DNA of 64,000 nt, from NCBI GenBank assembly GCA_963799025.1, contig CAWCVQ010000014.1, forward strand, positions 4,182 to 68,181. The letters run 5' to 3'. The position numbers were made by a program, and so were the translations under genes. This DNA comes from an uncultured Acidobacteriaceae bacterium. GTDB lineage: Bacteria; Acidobacteriota; Terriglobia; Terriglobales; Acidobacteriaceae. Under the pieces are notes generated by a model. The model made no database searches. It was not told the origin of the DNA and saw only the letters and a program-made list of their open reading frames with translations. Below, piece by piece: positions 28,885 through 38,416 of this stretch; position 1 is the first letter of the stretch, and each line of letters starts with the position of its first letter.

Positions 28885-28910
28885 GTGTGGTGCGGGCGCC
28901 CCCGCCCACG
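28885..28910. repeat. Short GC-rich palindromic repeat (gtgtggYgcgggcgcccccgc), copy 2
   Basis: gtgtggtgcgggcgcccccgcccacg lies just after the argS stop. It is near-identical to 3806-3830. Confidence 0.6.
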
Positions 28911-28927
28911 TTTGCCAAGGCAACCAA

Positions 28928-29951
28928 ATGTCCCCAAACCCACCCTCCACAACTCAACCGCCTCACTGGCTGCGTCGAATCGCCGTAGGCCTTGCGTGCG
29001 CCGCAATTCTTCTTGCGTCTGCTGGAGCGTTCTATCAATTGATGTCCGCCGCTCGCGACCGTCGCGCCTACTTCATGCCGGGCAAGCTCTTCGATGTGGG
29101 TGGCTACAAAATGCATATCGACTGCACCGGTCAGGGAAGTCCTGCAGTCATCCTCGACTCTGGCCTGGGTGATTCGTACCTCTCATATCGGAAAGTGCAG
29201 CCACAGATTGCGCAATTCGCGCGCGTCTGCTCTTACGATCGCGCGGGAATTGGCTACAGCGATTCGAGCCCCCCAACCTCGCACCAGCACGGTGATGGCC
29301 GAGGAACTCCACGCCTTACTGCGCGCCGCCGGCGTTGCGGCTCCCTATGTTCTGGTGGGTCATTCCCTGGGTGGATACACCGTGCGGCTGTACGCCAGCC
29401 TCTACCGCAACGAAGTAGCGGGCATGGTGCTGGTCGATGCCTCCCATCCCGACCAGGAGAATCGTTTCCCTCTGGAGCTCAAAAACATGGAAGGAACCTG
29501 GCTGCGCGAGGCCGAGTTCATCGCATATACCACACCATTCGGCATCCCCCGGCTAATGGGTCTGTGCGACGATGAGCCCACACAGCGCGCGGCCGAATGC
29601 AACTGGCACACAGCACACGAAGGTGTGGCGGAACTGAAGGCATTTCCCAGAAGCGCCGCGAAAACGGCTGCCACTAGTTCTCTTGGCGACATGCCTCTAG
29701 CGGTGTTGTCGCACGATCCCGACAAACCATCCGCCGAACTCCCACCCGACCTCGCCAAGCCCACTAACGATGCCTGGGAAAAGATGCAGGAAGAATTGTC
29801 CCATCTCTCCACTCGCGGAACGCAGACGATTGCAAGAAACAGCGCGCACTACATTCAAATCGATCGCCCCAACGTAGTGATCGAAGCCATCCGTAGAGTA
29901 GTGGAACAGGCTCGTGCGGCGCAGCCCGCGTCACCATTCAAATCGAACTGA
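28928..29951 (+). pseudogene. Alpha/beta hydrolase disrupted by a +1 frameshift in a C6 run (29269-29274)
   Basis: The N-terminal part is in the frame of ORF 28859..29575: MSPNPP..., HIDCTGQGSPAVILDSGLGDSYLSYRKV, YDRAGIGYSDSSP. The C-terminal part is in the frame of ORF 29094..29951: PRTSTVMAEELHALLRAAGVAAPYVLVGHSLGGYTVRLYA..., with the nucleophile elbow GHSLGG. Removing one C gives a continuous GYSDSSPQPRTSTVMAEEL. Confidence 0.8.
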
Positions 29952-30021
29952 TCCTCTCTGCACCTGCGATCCGTTCAAACCTGCTAACCTTTTCTGCTCA
30001 CTATAAATCCGCAGTCAATGA

Positions 30022-32292
30022 ATGTTGCTTTCTCCTCAGGAGCACATGATGGAATCATCGCTTCGACCCTCCCGTGTGGCGATTGCTGTTATTTCTTTCT
30101 GGTGTGTGAGTTCATCCCTCTTATCCCAAGCGCAGAACACTGCGGTTCCTTTCGAACCTGCGGCTTCCACTCATCGTCCACGAATCGGTCTGGCGCTGAG
30201 CGGCGGTGGTGCGCTTGGCCTGGCCGAAATCGGTGTCATCCAGTGGATGGAAGAGAATCACATTCCCGTGGACCGGATAGCCGGCACCAGCATGGGCGGC
30301 ATCATCGGCGCGATGTATGCCACAGGCATGTCACCAATCGAAATTCAGACATTTGCCGAGACGATTAACTGGGACGAAGCCTTCCTTCCCGAGCCGGTTT
30401 ATACCCAACTCTCGTACCGGCGAAAAGAGGATCGGCGCGAATTTCTGATCGATGCGCCGCTCGGCCTGAAACATGGCCTGAGTGGGCCTAACGGTTATAA
30501 CTCTGCCCAGGGCATAGGACTATTGCTGGATCGCATCGCCTTCCCGGAATCCGGCATTGGCAGTTTTGACGATCTGCCGATTCCTTTCCGTTGTGTAGCC
30601 ACCGACATGCTCAGCGGTGAAGGCGTAGTGCTGCATGACGGCCCGCTTGCTCAAGCCGTGCGCGCCTCCATGGCTATCCCCGGCGTATTCACACCAGTCG
30701 AAATCAATGGACGCGTGTTGGCGGATGGGGGCATGGTGCAAAACATTCCCGTCGAAACCGTCCTCGCCATGAATGCCGATGTCGTCATTGGGGTCGAACT
30801 GCGCCTTCCTCCAGGTGACCCCACCGAACTGGTGCATATCGCGGGCGTTCTTTCTCGTGCTATTGACGTCATGATTATGCAAAACGAGCGCCGCTCGCTG
30901 GCCTTCGCGAAGGCCAAGGTGAGCATTAACATGAACGGTTTCTCGGCGACGGATTATGAGCGCGTCAAAGAATTAGTCGCGCTCGGGCACCAAAGCGCAG
31001 CTGCTCAGTCTGTCGCGCTTTTACCGTATGCGATTAAGGACCCCGCGGAATGGCAGGAATATTTAGCCGCCCGCGCCGCGCGCCGACGACGGTCGCCGGG
31101 CAAAATCGAAACCATTGAAGTCACGGGCGCCGACTCCGATACCGATAGCCGGGTTCAGCGTCGCCTCAGCAAGGCGCTGCAAGGGCCGCTCGATCTTTCC
31201 AAACTCGACACCCAATTGACTCGCATTGCCGGAGAAGGACAGTTCGATTGGCTGGGCTACGAAGGCTTCACGCAAAATGGCGTTCCTGGTCTGCGCGTCA
31301 CCGCCCACGACAAATCCTATGGCCCGCCCTTCGTGGACCTCGCCGTCAACGTAGACGGTTCCGGAGTGGCAGCCTTCGATTTTTCTGCGGGTGCTCGCGT
31401 CACATTCATGGATATCGCTCACCGCGGTGGAGAATGGCGCAACGATCTTCTTTTCGGTTCCAGTAATCTGGCAGCCAGCGAGTTCTACCAGCCGCTGTGG
31501 CAGTCGCGATTTTTTGTTGCACCCTACGCCTTTGCCTCCAAGTACGCTCGCAACTCGTTTACCGGTCTTACTCGCGTCGCCGTCTTCGGCGATGAGCGCG
31601 CCGGCGGCGGCCTCGATGTTGGTTACGACTCCGGACGCCGCAGCGAATTCCGCATCGGATACGAAATTTTCGATGCCAAGCTAAGTCCGCTGATTGGCAA
31701 TGCGGGCCTCCCCATCATCGGCGGCAGCACTGGCGAATTTCGCGCGCGTTCCGTCTGGGACGGACAAGACAGCCCGGCGGTCCCAAGCACCGGAACGCGT
31801 GTGGCGGTCACCGCCTCGCGCGTGTTGCAAAGTCCCGGACTGGCCCATCCCATTGCCCAACTCGAGGTACAGACTTCAACTTTGGTTCCGTGGGGGCCCA
31901 AGACTTCGCTCTTCTTCGATATTTCCGCCGGTACTACCTTCCGCGGTTCCGCCGGCCAATTTCAGGTGTTTTCGCTCGGCGGACCCTTTCGATTGGGCGC
32001 ATATCTTCCTTATGAGTTTGTGGGAAACCATTATTCCTACGCGTCAACCGGATTCCACCGCGAACTCTACCGCCTGCCGGAGTTAGTCGGCGGAAAAATC
32101 TATTGGGGCGGATGGTACGAGGCCGGCACCGCCTTCGGCACCACAGCTGGCGATCCCGGACCGATTGCAGTGCGCGGCACATTCAACCTCGGAGTGATCG
32201 CCGACACCATTGTCGGTCCAATCGCACTCGCGGGCAGCGTCAGTCCCACCGGCCTGAGCCGCGTGAACTTTTCGGTCGGACGAATCTTTTAG
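30022..32292 (+). CDS. Patatin-like phospholipase fused to an Omp85/BamA-type beta-barrel (PlpD-like, type Vd autotransporter architecture)
   Basis: 756 aa with a signal peptide. Patatin motifs are LSGGGALGLA, GTSMGG (GxSxG) and ADGGMV (catalytic Asp). The C-terminal ~300 aa have alternating beta-strand character and end ...NFSVGRIF, a terminal aromatic typical of outer-membrane barrels. Confidence 0.8.
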   Translation: MLLSPQEHMMESSLRPSRVAIAVISFWCVSSSLLSQAQNTAVPFEPAASTHRPRIGLALSGGGALGLAEIGVIQWMEENHIPVDRIAGTSMGGIIGAMYATGMSPIEIQTFAETINWDEAFLPEPVYTQLSYRRKEDRREFLIDAPLGLKHGLSGPNGYNSAQGIGLLLDRIAFPESGIGSFDDLPIPFRCVATDMLSGEGVVLHDGPLAQAVRASMAIPGVFTPVEINGRVLADGGMVQNIPVETVLAMNADVVIGVELRLPPGDPTELVHIAGVLSRAIDVMIMQNERRSLAFAKAKVSINMNGFSATDYERVKELVALGHQSAAAQSVALLPYAIKDPAEWQEYLAARAARRRRSPGKIETIEVTGADSDTDSRVQRRLSKALQGPLDLSKLDTQLTRIAGEGQFDWLGYEGFTQNGVPGLRVTAHDKSYGPPFVDLAVNVDGSGVAAFDFSAGARVTFMDIAHRGGEWRNDLLFGSSNLAASEFYQPLWQSRFFVAPYAFASKYARNSFTGLTRVAVFGDERAGGGLDVGYDSGRRSEFRIGYEIFDAKLSPLIGNAGLPIIGGSTGEFRARSVWDGQDSPAVPSTGTRVAVTASRVLQSPGLAHPIAQLEVQTSTLVPWGPKTSLFFDISAGTTFRGSAGQFQVFSLGGPFRLGAYLPYEFVGNHYSYASTGFHRELYRLPELVGGKIYWGGWYEAGTAFGTTAGDPGPIAVRGTFNLGVIADTIVGPIALAGSVSPTGLSRVNFSVGRIF

Positions 32293-32308
32293 TGAAGGTC
32301 GACACTTT

Positions 32309-33370
32309 TTAGTCCTTGCCAAGGGATTCCATGTCGATCACGAACCGATAGCGCACATCACTCTTCAGAACTCGCTCGTAGGCTTCGTTGACCTTCTGAA
32401 TAGGCACGACTTCAATGTCGCAGGTTACGCCGTGCTGGCTGCAAAAATCCAGCATCTCTTGGATTTCGCCGATGCCTCCGATCTGCGAGCCCGCTAGACT
32501 GCGGCGCCGGGCGGTCAAAGAAAAAGCTCCGACCGGCACGTCCTTTTCGGGAAGCCCAACGACGACCAAGGTTCCGTCAACCTTCAGCAAGTTCAAATAT
32601 TGGTTCCAATCCATCTTCGCCGAAACCGTGTTGATGATCAGATCGAACGAGCCCGCCAGGTTCGTGAATGTTTCCGGATCCGAAGTTGCATAAAAATGAT
32701 CGGCGCCCAGACGCTTTCCATCGACCTGCTTTTTTAAGGATTGGCTGAGCACCGTTACCTCAGCTCCCAACGCGTGCGCCAGCTTAACTCCCATGTGTCC
32801 CAAACCTCCCAGCCCGACGATGGCAACTTTCGTCCCAGGGCCAGCCTGCCAATGTCGCAGCGGCGAATAAAGAGTGATTCCTGCGCATAGCAGCGGTGCG
32901 CAAGCCTCCAAAGGCAAATTGTTGGGCATGCGCAGCACATAGTTTTCATCGACCACGATTCGGTCGGAATAACCGCCATAGGTCGGGGCGCCCTCTTTGT
33001 CGCGGCCGTTATAAGTCCACACGGTCAGAACCGTACAGTATTGTTCCAGACCTCTCCGGCACTCGGCACACGTGCGGCAGGAGTCGACGTAACAGCCGAC
33101 GCCAACCTTATCGCCCACTTTGTACTTCGTCACTTTCTTGCCGATGGCGGTCACCACCCCCGCGATTTCATGTCCCGGCACCATGGGGAAGATCGATTCT
33201 TCCTGATAATCACTCCACTCGTCGCGCGTCTGATGAATATCGGAATGGCAAATCCCGCAATATTTTATTTCGATGACCAGATCATGTTCGCGCGGTTCCC
33301 GGCGTTCGAACGAATAGGATGCCAGAGGAGCCTTGGCGGTCCGCGCGGCGTAGCCTTTGCACTTGCTCAT
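32309..33370 (-). CDS. Zinc-dependent NAD(P)-alcohol dehydrogenase (cinnamyl-alcohol dehydrogenase/YahK-like)
   Basis: The ORF is 32309..33406. The likely start is MSKCKGYAA at 33370. [15 protein letters not shown], the structural-zinc Cys cluster [15 protein letters not shown] and [10 protein letters not shown] (Rossmann) are present. Confidence 0.92.
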   Translation of the reverse strand: MSKCKGYAARTAKAPLASYSFERREPREHDLVIEIKYCGICHSDIHQTRDEWSDYQEESIFPMVPGHEIAGVVTAIGKKVTKYKVGDKVGVGCYVDSCRTCAECRRGLEQYCTVLTVWTYNGRDKEGAPTYGGYSDRIVVDENYVLRMPNNLPLEACAPLLCAGITLYSPLRHWQAGPGTKVAIVGLGGLGHMGVKLAHALGAEVTVLSQSLKKQVDGKRLGADHFYATSDPETFTNLAGSFDLIINTVSAKMDWNQYLNLLKVDGTLVVVGLPEKDVPVGAFSLTARRRSLAGSQIGGIGEIQEMLDFCSQHGVTCDIEVVPIQKVNEAYERVLKSDVRYRFVIDMESLGKD

Positions 33371-33574
33371 GGGTGCTCTCACTTTCGAAAAATACGAATG
33401 ATGCAATCGATGAATACTGGGACAAATAATATTGGGACAAACGGTTTCGTATTACGGACGGACCTCGTGAGATTACAATACCGGCAGTTTCCTCAGTCTA
33501 CCGCACATTGATATACTTCGCCCTCAGTTCATTTCAATAAAGTTCAACTTCAAGAGCTGTCTGGAGGAATACAG

Positions 33575-35500
33575 GTGCACTTATCCATTCGTCACGTTCT
33601 GGGGCTGTTGATCGCGGCCTTGTTAACGATGTTGATTGCAACCGCTGCCGTGGCGCAACAAACTCCGCCACAACCCGCAGCCAAGCCGCTATTCAAGCTC
33701 CAGGAAGTGATGCTCCCGGTCCGCGATGGAGTTCGTCTGCAGACCGCGATCCTCACTCCGATTAACCAGACTAATAGCGACCAACAAGGTCCTCTGCCTA
33801 TTCTGTTTCGCCGCACCCCGTACGGCGTCCCCGAAAAACCGCCCGAGCAGATGCCCTCCTCCCTGAAAGAATTCGCGCAGGACGGCTACATCTTCGTTAT
33901 TCAGAATCTGCGCGGACGCTTCAAATCGGAGGGCGTCTTCAACCTGTCTTCCTGGGTCGATTTGAATGACCCGAAAGCCACCAACGAGACCACCGATGCC
34001 TACGACTCGATCGACTGGCTCTTGAAAAACGTTCCTAACAACAACGGCAAGGTTGGAATGTTCGGCGTCTCTTACGATGGATTGACTACCGCGCTCACGC
34101 TGCTCCATCCGCATCCCGCGCTCGCTGCCATCAGCGAGCAAGCCTCCCCCGTCGACCAATGGATGAACGACGACGACCATCGCTACGGCGCCCTGCGCGA
34201 GAGCTATGACTTCGAATATGCGGTGATGGAGCAGGCCGACAAAAACAAGAACACGCACTTCGACTTTGAAACCTACGACACATACCAGTGGTACCTCGAC
34301 TTAGGCCCGCTTTCGAATATCAATGCGAAATACCTGCACGGCTCCATTCCTTACTGGAACTCAACCGTCGAACATCCCGACTACGATGACTTCTGGAAAA
34401 AAGAAGCCTGGGTCAGCCAACTTCACGCCTCTGCTGTACCCAACCTGAATGTTGCTGGATTTTGGGATCAAGAAGATCCATGGGGACCGTGGCAGATTTT
34501 TCGTCACGCCGAAGAGAACGATCCGCAGCACACGAATTTCATTGTCGCCGGCCCTTGGTATCACGGCGAATGGCAGAGTCCCAAGGGCGACAGCATTGGC
34601 ATCATTCCCTTCGCGGGCCACGAGACCGCTCGCGAATTTCGCGAAAACATCGAAGCCCCGTTCTTTCGCTACTATCTGCACGGCCAGGGCGAGAAGCCGA
34701 AATGGCAGGCCAGCACGTTTCAGAGTGGATCGAACACCTGGCGCACCTACACCGTCTGGCCTCCCAAAGAAGCGAAGCCGACAAAACTTTATCTACACGC
34801 CAATGGAACTCTTTCATTCACCGCGCCCGCCGACGCCAAGTCCGCGCGAGCTTTTCGAGAGTACGTCTCCGACCCCGCCAATCCCGTGCCCTACCGCCAG
34901 CGTCCCATCTCGCCGACGTATCCCGCTGGCGATTGGCGCGTATGGGAGGTTGCCGACCAGCGCTTTGTCGATCACCGGCCCGACGTCCTGTCTTTCGTCA
35001 GCGAACCGCTCGACCATGATCTCACCGTTACCGGCCCGCTGGCGGCGAATCTCTTTGCCTCGACTTCCGGTACCGATAGCGATTTCGTCGTGAAGTTCAT
35101 CGACGTCTATCCCCAAGACGCACAGAAGAATGCTTGGTCTCCGGACGACGGACCGAAGCCCGGACTGTACGCACAATCTCTGAACGGTTACGAACTGCCG
35201 ATTGCAATGGAAGTGCGGCGGGGCCGCTATCTCAGCAGCTTCGATAGGCCTTCTCCCTTGATCCCGAACAAGCCCACGGAGTGGAATATCCCCCTGCGCG
35301 ATCACGATCACGTCTTTCTAAAGGGCCATCGCATCATGGTGCAAGTTCAGTCGACCTGGTTTCCCGTGATCGACCGCAATCCGCAGAAGTTTGTGCCCAG
35401 CATCTATCAGGCCGCAGCATCAGACTTCGCTCCCGCGACGCAGCGCATCTATTGCTCCCCCGACCTCCCGTCGCATCTAGTCCTTCCAGTCATGCCCTGA
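33575..35500 (+). CDS. CocE/NonD-family serine hydrolase (S15 X-Pro dipeptidyl-peptidase-like)
   Basis: 641 aa with a GTG start and a signal peptide. RTPYG, NLRGRFKSEG, the nucleophile GVSYDG and a C-terminal beta-sandwich region (GHRIMVQVQSTWFP) are present. Confidence 0.88.
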   Translation: MHLSIRHVLGLLIAALLTMLIATAAVAQQTPPQPAAKPLFKLQEVMLPVRDGVRLQTAILTPINQTNSDQQGPLPILFRRTPYGVPEKPPEQMPSSLKEFAQDGYIFVIQNLRGRFKSEGVFNLSSWVDLNDPKATNETTDAYDSIDWLLKNVPNNNGKVGMFGVSYDGLTTALTLLHPHPALAAISEQASPVDQWMNDDDHRYGALRESYDFEYAVMEQADKNKNTHFDFETYDTYQWYLDLGPLSNINAKYLHGSIPYWNSTVEHPDYDDFWKKEAWVSQLHASAVPNLNVAGFWDQEDPWGPWQIFRHAEENDPQHTNFIVAGPWYHGEWQSPKGDSIGIIPFAGHETAREFRENIEAPFFRYYLHGQGEKPKWQASTFQSGSNTWRTYTVWPPKEAKPTKLYLHANGTLSFTAPADAKSARAFREYVSDPANPVPYRQRPISPTYPAGDWRVWEVADQRFVDHRPDVLSFVSEPLDHDLTVTGPLAANLFASTSGTDSDFVVKFIDVYPQDAQKNAWSPDDGPKPGLYAQSLNGYELPIAMEVRRGRYLSSFDRPSPLIPNKPTEWNIPLRDHDHVFLKGHRIMVQVQSTWFPVIDRNPQKFVPSIYQAAASDFAPATQRIYCSPDLPSHLVLPVMP

Positions 35501-35551
35501 AACAAAAATGCCCGGGATGATTGTGTCCTCACGGGCAAATTTCATCCGAAG

Positions 35552-35660
35552 CAACTCTGTCATCCCGCGATACTCCGTAATCCCGCGCAACTCTGTCGTC
35601 CCGAGCGGAAGCAGGATCGTTCGCGAAGCGAAAAATCCTTCGTAGTCGAGGGACCTGCTG
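35552..35660. repeat. REP-like cluster: three tandem ~17-nt units plus an imperfect palindrome
   Basis: The three units are caactctgtcatcccgcga / tactccgtaatcccgcgc / aactctgtcgtcccgagcgg. They are followed by aagcaggatcgttcgcgaagcgaaaaatccttcgtagtcgagggacctgctg. The cluster lies between convergent genes (S15 hydrolase and M1 peptidase). Confidence 0.6.
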
Positions 35661-35671
35661 TTTCTCTGACG

Positions 35672-38293
35672 CTACCTGCTCCCTCCAGCGGTTCCGTGCC
35701 GTCCCAGCCACGACGCCAACTGAGGCTGTTGCTGCGACTTGAAATCGACGCAGTTGTTGATCCGTTCAACGGACTGTTTATAGGTGCGCTCCGCTGCCGC
35801 AACCTTGTGGGCAGAAAAAAACTCTGTCACCTGGTCGCGCATCCCCGTGTCGCAGAAAACGCTGGTCGCCCCCACCACTGCGGCGCTGGCAAACGGACCT
35901 CCAGCCTTCGCAACGGCATCCCAGTGCGACCGAACGAAGTCCCAAGCCAGGTCTCGCCCCGCCGGATTTCTCATGACGCTGGTAATCACCTGCAGCGCAT
36001 CTTGCGAACGCACGTCCGGTGAAATGGCAAACTCCAACGTGCGCTGCAGCAATTTCGGATCGCTAAACCGGGGCAGCGTGAAAAGGTACGTGTAGTACAA
36101 TTCCGGCGATTTAGGACTCTTTGTAGCCGCCATCACCCGATCGTAGAACATGGAGTCTCCATTCAACGCCGCCAGCGCGAACGCGCCCCCGGCCATTTCG
36201 CTGTCGACGGATGCTGGATCGGCCAATGCCTTGTCCGCGATCTTGCGCGCTTCCTCCAGAGTTTCGGGATCGCGCGCATCGTACCCAAGCGCATCGAACA
36301 GCCGGGATCGCAACGCCCTTTGTTCGTCGCTTTCTCCCGGTTTGGGCTCATATCCCACATCCTTCATGGTTGGACTCAGATATTGCCGGAGCCAGTTGCG
36401 ATATTCATCCCGGTCGCCATCGCTTACCAGGTACTGTCCGATAAAATGGAGCCCTCCGAGCAGGTCTTCCACCACAGCGCGGTTGCGGTCCGGCTGCAGA
36501 CCTTGCGCGAAGGCCAGATAATCGCCCACCGGTTGCCGGCCCACTCGCACCGAGGCCCAAATATCGTTCTCCACCGAGATGCGCTCAGCGGGACTCAATT
36601 TCGTTTCGGCATCGGTGGCCAGACCTCGAACTGCGGCTGCCGGGAAAGCGGTTCTGTAATATCCCGTCGCGCCCGCGTTCGTCAGGACCCAGGTCGAACA
36701 TCCCGGAAGCGAAAGCGATTCTTCTTTCTTAGTCATCAGCTCGCACTTCGCACCTTTACCGCTGGCCGAACCCCGCAAGCAGACTGGGATTTGCCACAGC
36801 TGATCGCTGGGTGCTTCGAATTTCGCCCGGTCATAGTAATAGCGCCGCTGAGTAAGCGTGACGTTCGTGGAGTTACCCGAACATTGCGCCTTCACGTTGA
36901 GAATGGGAACGCCGGCCTGCTTTACCCACGTGGGCATGATCTTGTCCACTGGTTTTTTCGAAGTTTTCGCCTGCGCGTCCCAAAAATCGTCGGCCGTCGC
37001 ATTCGCGTACTGATGTTGTTGTAAGTACGCATTCACACCCACACGGAACGTCTCCTCCCCCAAATACGACTCCAGCATGCGCAGCACTGCCGCCGCTTTC
37101 CCATAGGCGATTCCGTCGAACAACTCCTGGATTTCAGCAGGAGTCTCCGCCGCCTGGTGAATCGGGCGCGTGTTCGCCAACGAGTCCACGTTCAGTGTTC
37201 CTGCAGTTTCGCTCACGTCATCGAGATTGAAATTCCATTCCGGCTTCCAGGACTGAATCGGCTTGCTCGACATCCATGTGGCAAAGCCCTCGTTGAGCCA
37301 GATGTCATCCCACCACTTCATCGTAACCAGGTCGCCAAACCACTGATGCGCCATCTCGTGCGCAATTACGCTGGCAATCTCCTTCTTCAGACCGATAGAG
37401 CCTTGCTTCTCATCGATCAGAAGAATCACTTCGCGGAAAGTAATGCAGCCGGTATTCTCCATCGCACCGGCCGAAAAGTCTGGCAGGCCGATCAGGTCCA
37501 GCTTTCCATAGGGATACTTGATCCCGAAGTAGTGGTCGTAATACTTCAGAACATGGCTGGCGACATCCAGCGCGAACGTCCCCATTTCTTTCTTGCCCGG
37601 CGTGCTATAGACGCGAATCGGAATGCCATCGCTTTCGCCTTCGATGTACTCGAAATTGCCCACGACAAGGGCCGCCAGATACGATGACATCTTCGCAGTA
37701 GTAGCGAAGCGCACGCTGTGTTTGTCGCCCGGACCCGGCGTATCGGAGACAGTTTTCTGATTCGAAATCGCGACCAGGCCCTTGTCGACGACGGCCGTGA
37801 TGTCGAAGGTTGCCTTGTAATCCGGCTCATCGAATGAAGGGAAGGCGCGCCGTGCATCGGTCGCTTCAAATTGCGAGGCCGCATATTTACGTCCATGGTC
37901 GTCCTTGCCCAGGTATAAACCGCGCATTTCGTCATTGAGAATGCCGGAGTAGGTAATGCGAACGGTGGCTGGGCCCGCCGCCAGCGGCTTCTCGACGCTC
38001 AGCACCACCATCTCTTTTTCTTTCTCGGGCGTCACCTTGGCTTTCTGGGTCGTGCCTCCGTTGGTGATGGTCACGTCGTGGAAATCGATGTCCACCGCGT
38101 TCAGCGCGATCTCCGAACTCGGCTGCAACAGCCGAAGGGAAATGGTCTCGTCACCCTCGAACTTGGCCTGCTCCAGATCCGGAGTGAATGTGAGTTTGTA
38201 ATTCTCTGGCCTTGCATTCTCTGGCAAACGCTGTGCAACCGCCAGGGAAAGTGACAGCACAAGAAATGTAATAACTGCAGAAATACGCTTCAT
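35672..38293 (-). CDS. M1-family aminopeptidase (aminopeptidase N-like) with an ERAP1-like C-terminal domain
   Basis: 873 aa with a signal peptide (MKRISAVITFLVLSLSLAVAQ). The GAMEN motif (GAMENTG) and the zinc site HEMAHQWFGDLVTMKWWDDIWLNEGFA (HExxH-18-E) are present. Confidence 0.95.
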   Translation of the reverse strand: MKRISAVITFLVLSLSLAVAQRLPENARPENYKLTFTPDLEQAKFEGDETISLRLLQPSSEIALNAVDIDFHDVTITNGGTTQKAKVTPEKEKEMVVLSVEKPLAAGPATVRITYSGILNDEMRGLYLGKDDHGRKYAASQFEATDARRAFPSFDEPDYKATFDITAVVDKGLVAISNQKTVSDTPGPGDKHSVRFATTAKMSSYLAALVVGNFEYIEGESDGIPIRVYSTPGKKEMGTFALDVASHVLKYYDHYFGIKYPYGKLDLIGLPDFSAGAMENTGCITFREVILLIDEKQGSIGLKKEIASVIAHEMAHQWFGDLVTMKWWDDIWLNEGFATWMSSKPIQSWKPEWNFNLDDVSETAGTLNVDSLANTRPIHQAAETPAEIQELFDGIAYGKAAAVLRMLESYLGEETFRVGVNAYLQQHQYANATADDFWDAQAKTSKKPVDKIMPTWVKQAGVPILNVKAQCSGNSTNVTLTQRRYYYDRAKFEAPSDQLWQIPVCLRGSASGKGAKCELMTKKEESLSLPGCSTWVLTNAGATGYYRTAFPAAAVRGLATDAETKLSPAERISVENDIWASVRVGRQPVGDYLAFAQGLQPDRNRAVVEDLLGGLHFIGQYLVSDGDRDEYRNWLRQYLSPTMKDVGYEPKPGESDEQRALRSRLFDALGYDARDPETLEEARKIADKALADPASVDSEMAGGAFALAALNGDSMFYDRVMAATKSPKSPELYYTYLFTLPRFSDPKLLQRTLEFAISPDVRSQDALQVITSVMRNPAGRDLAWDFVRSHWDAVAKAGGPFASAAVVGATSVFCDTGMRDQVTEFFSAHKVAAAERTYKQSVERINNCVDFKSQQQPQLASWLGRHGTAGGSR

Positions 38294-38416
38294 ATTTCTC
38301 CTCGGAAGATCGAATCGGATTGCTTGGCTACGAATCTGGCTACGAATCTTCGCAGAGTGCCAAAAGCTGATCGCGCCATTCCAGGACGCTTCAATTACGA
38401 ATATTATCTCGCAAGT

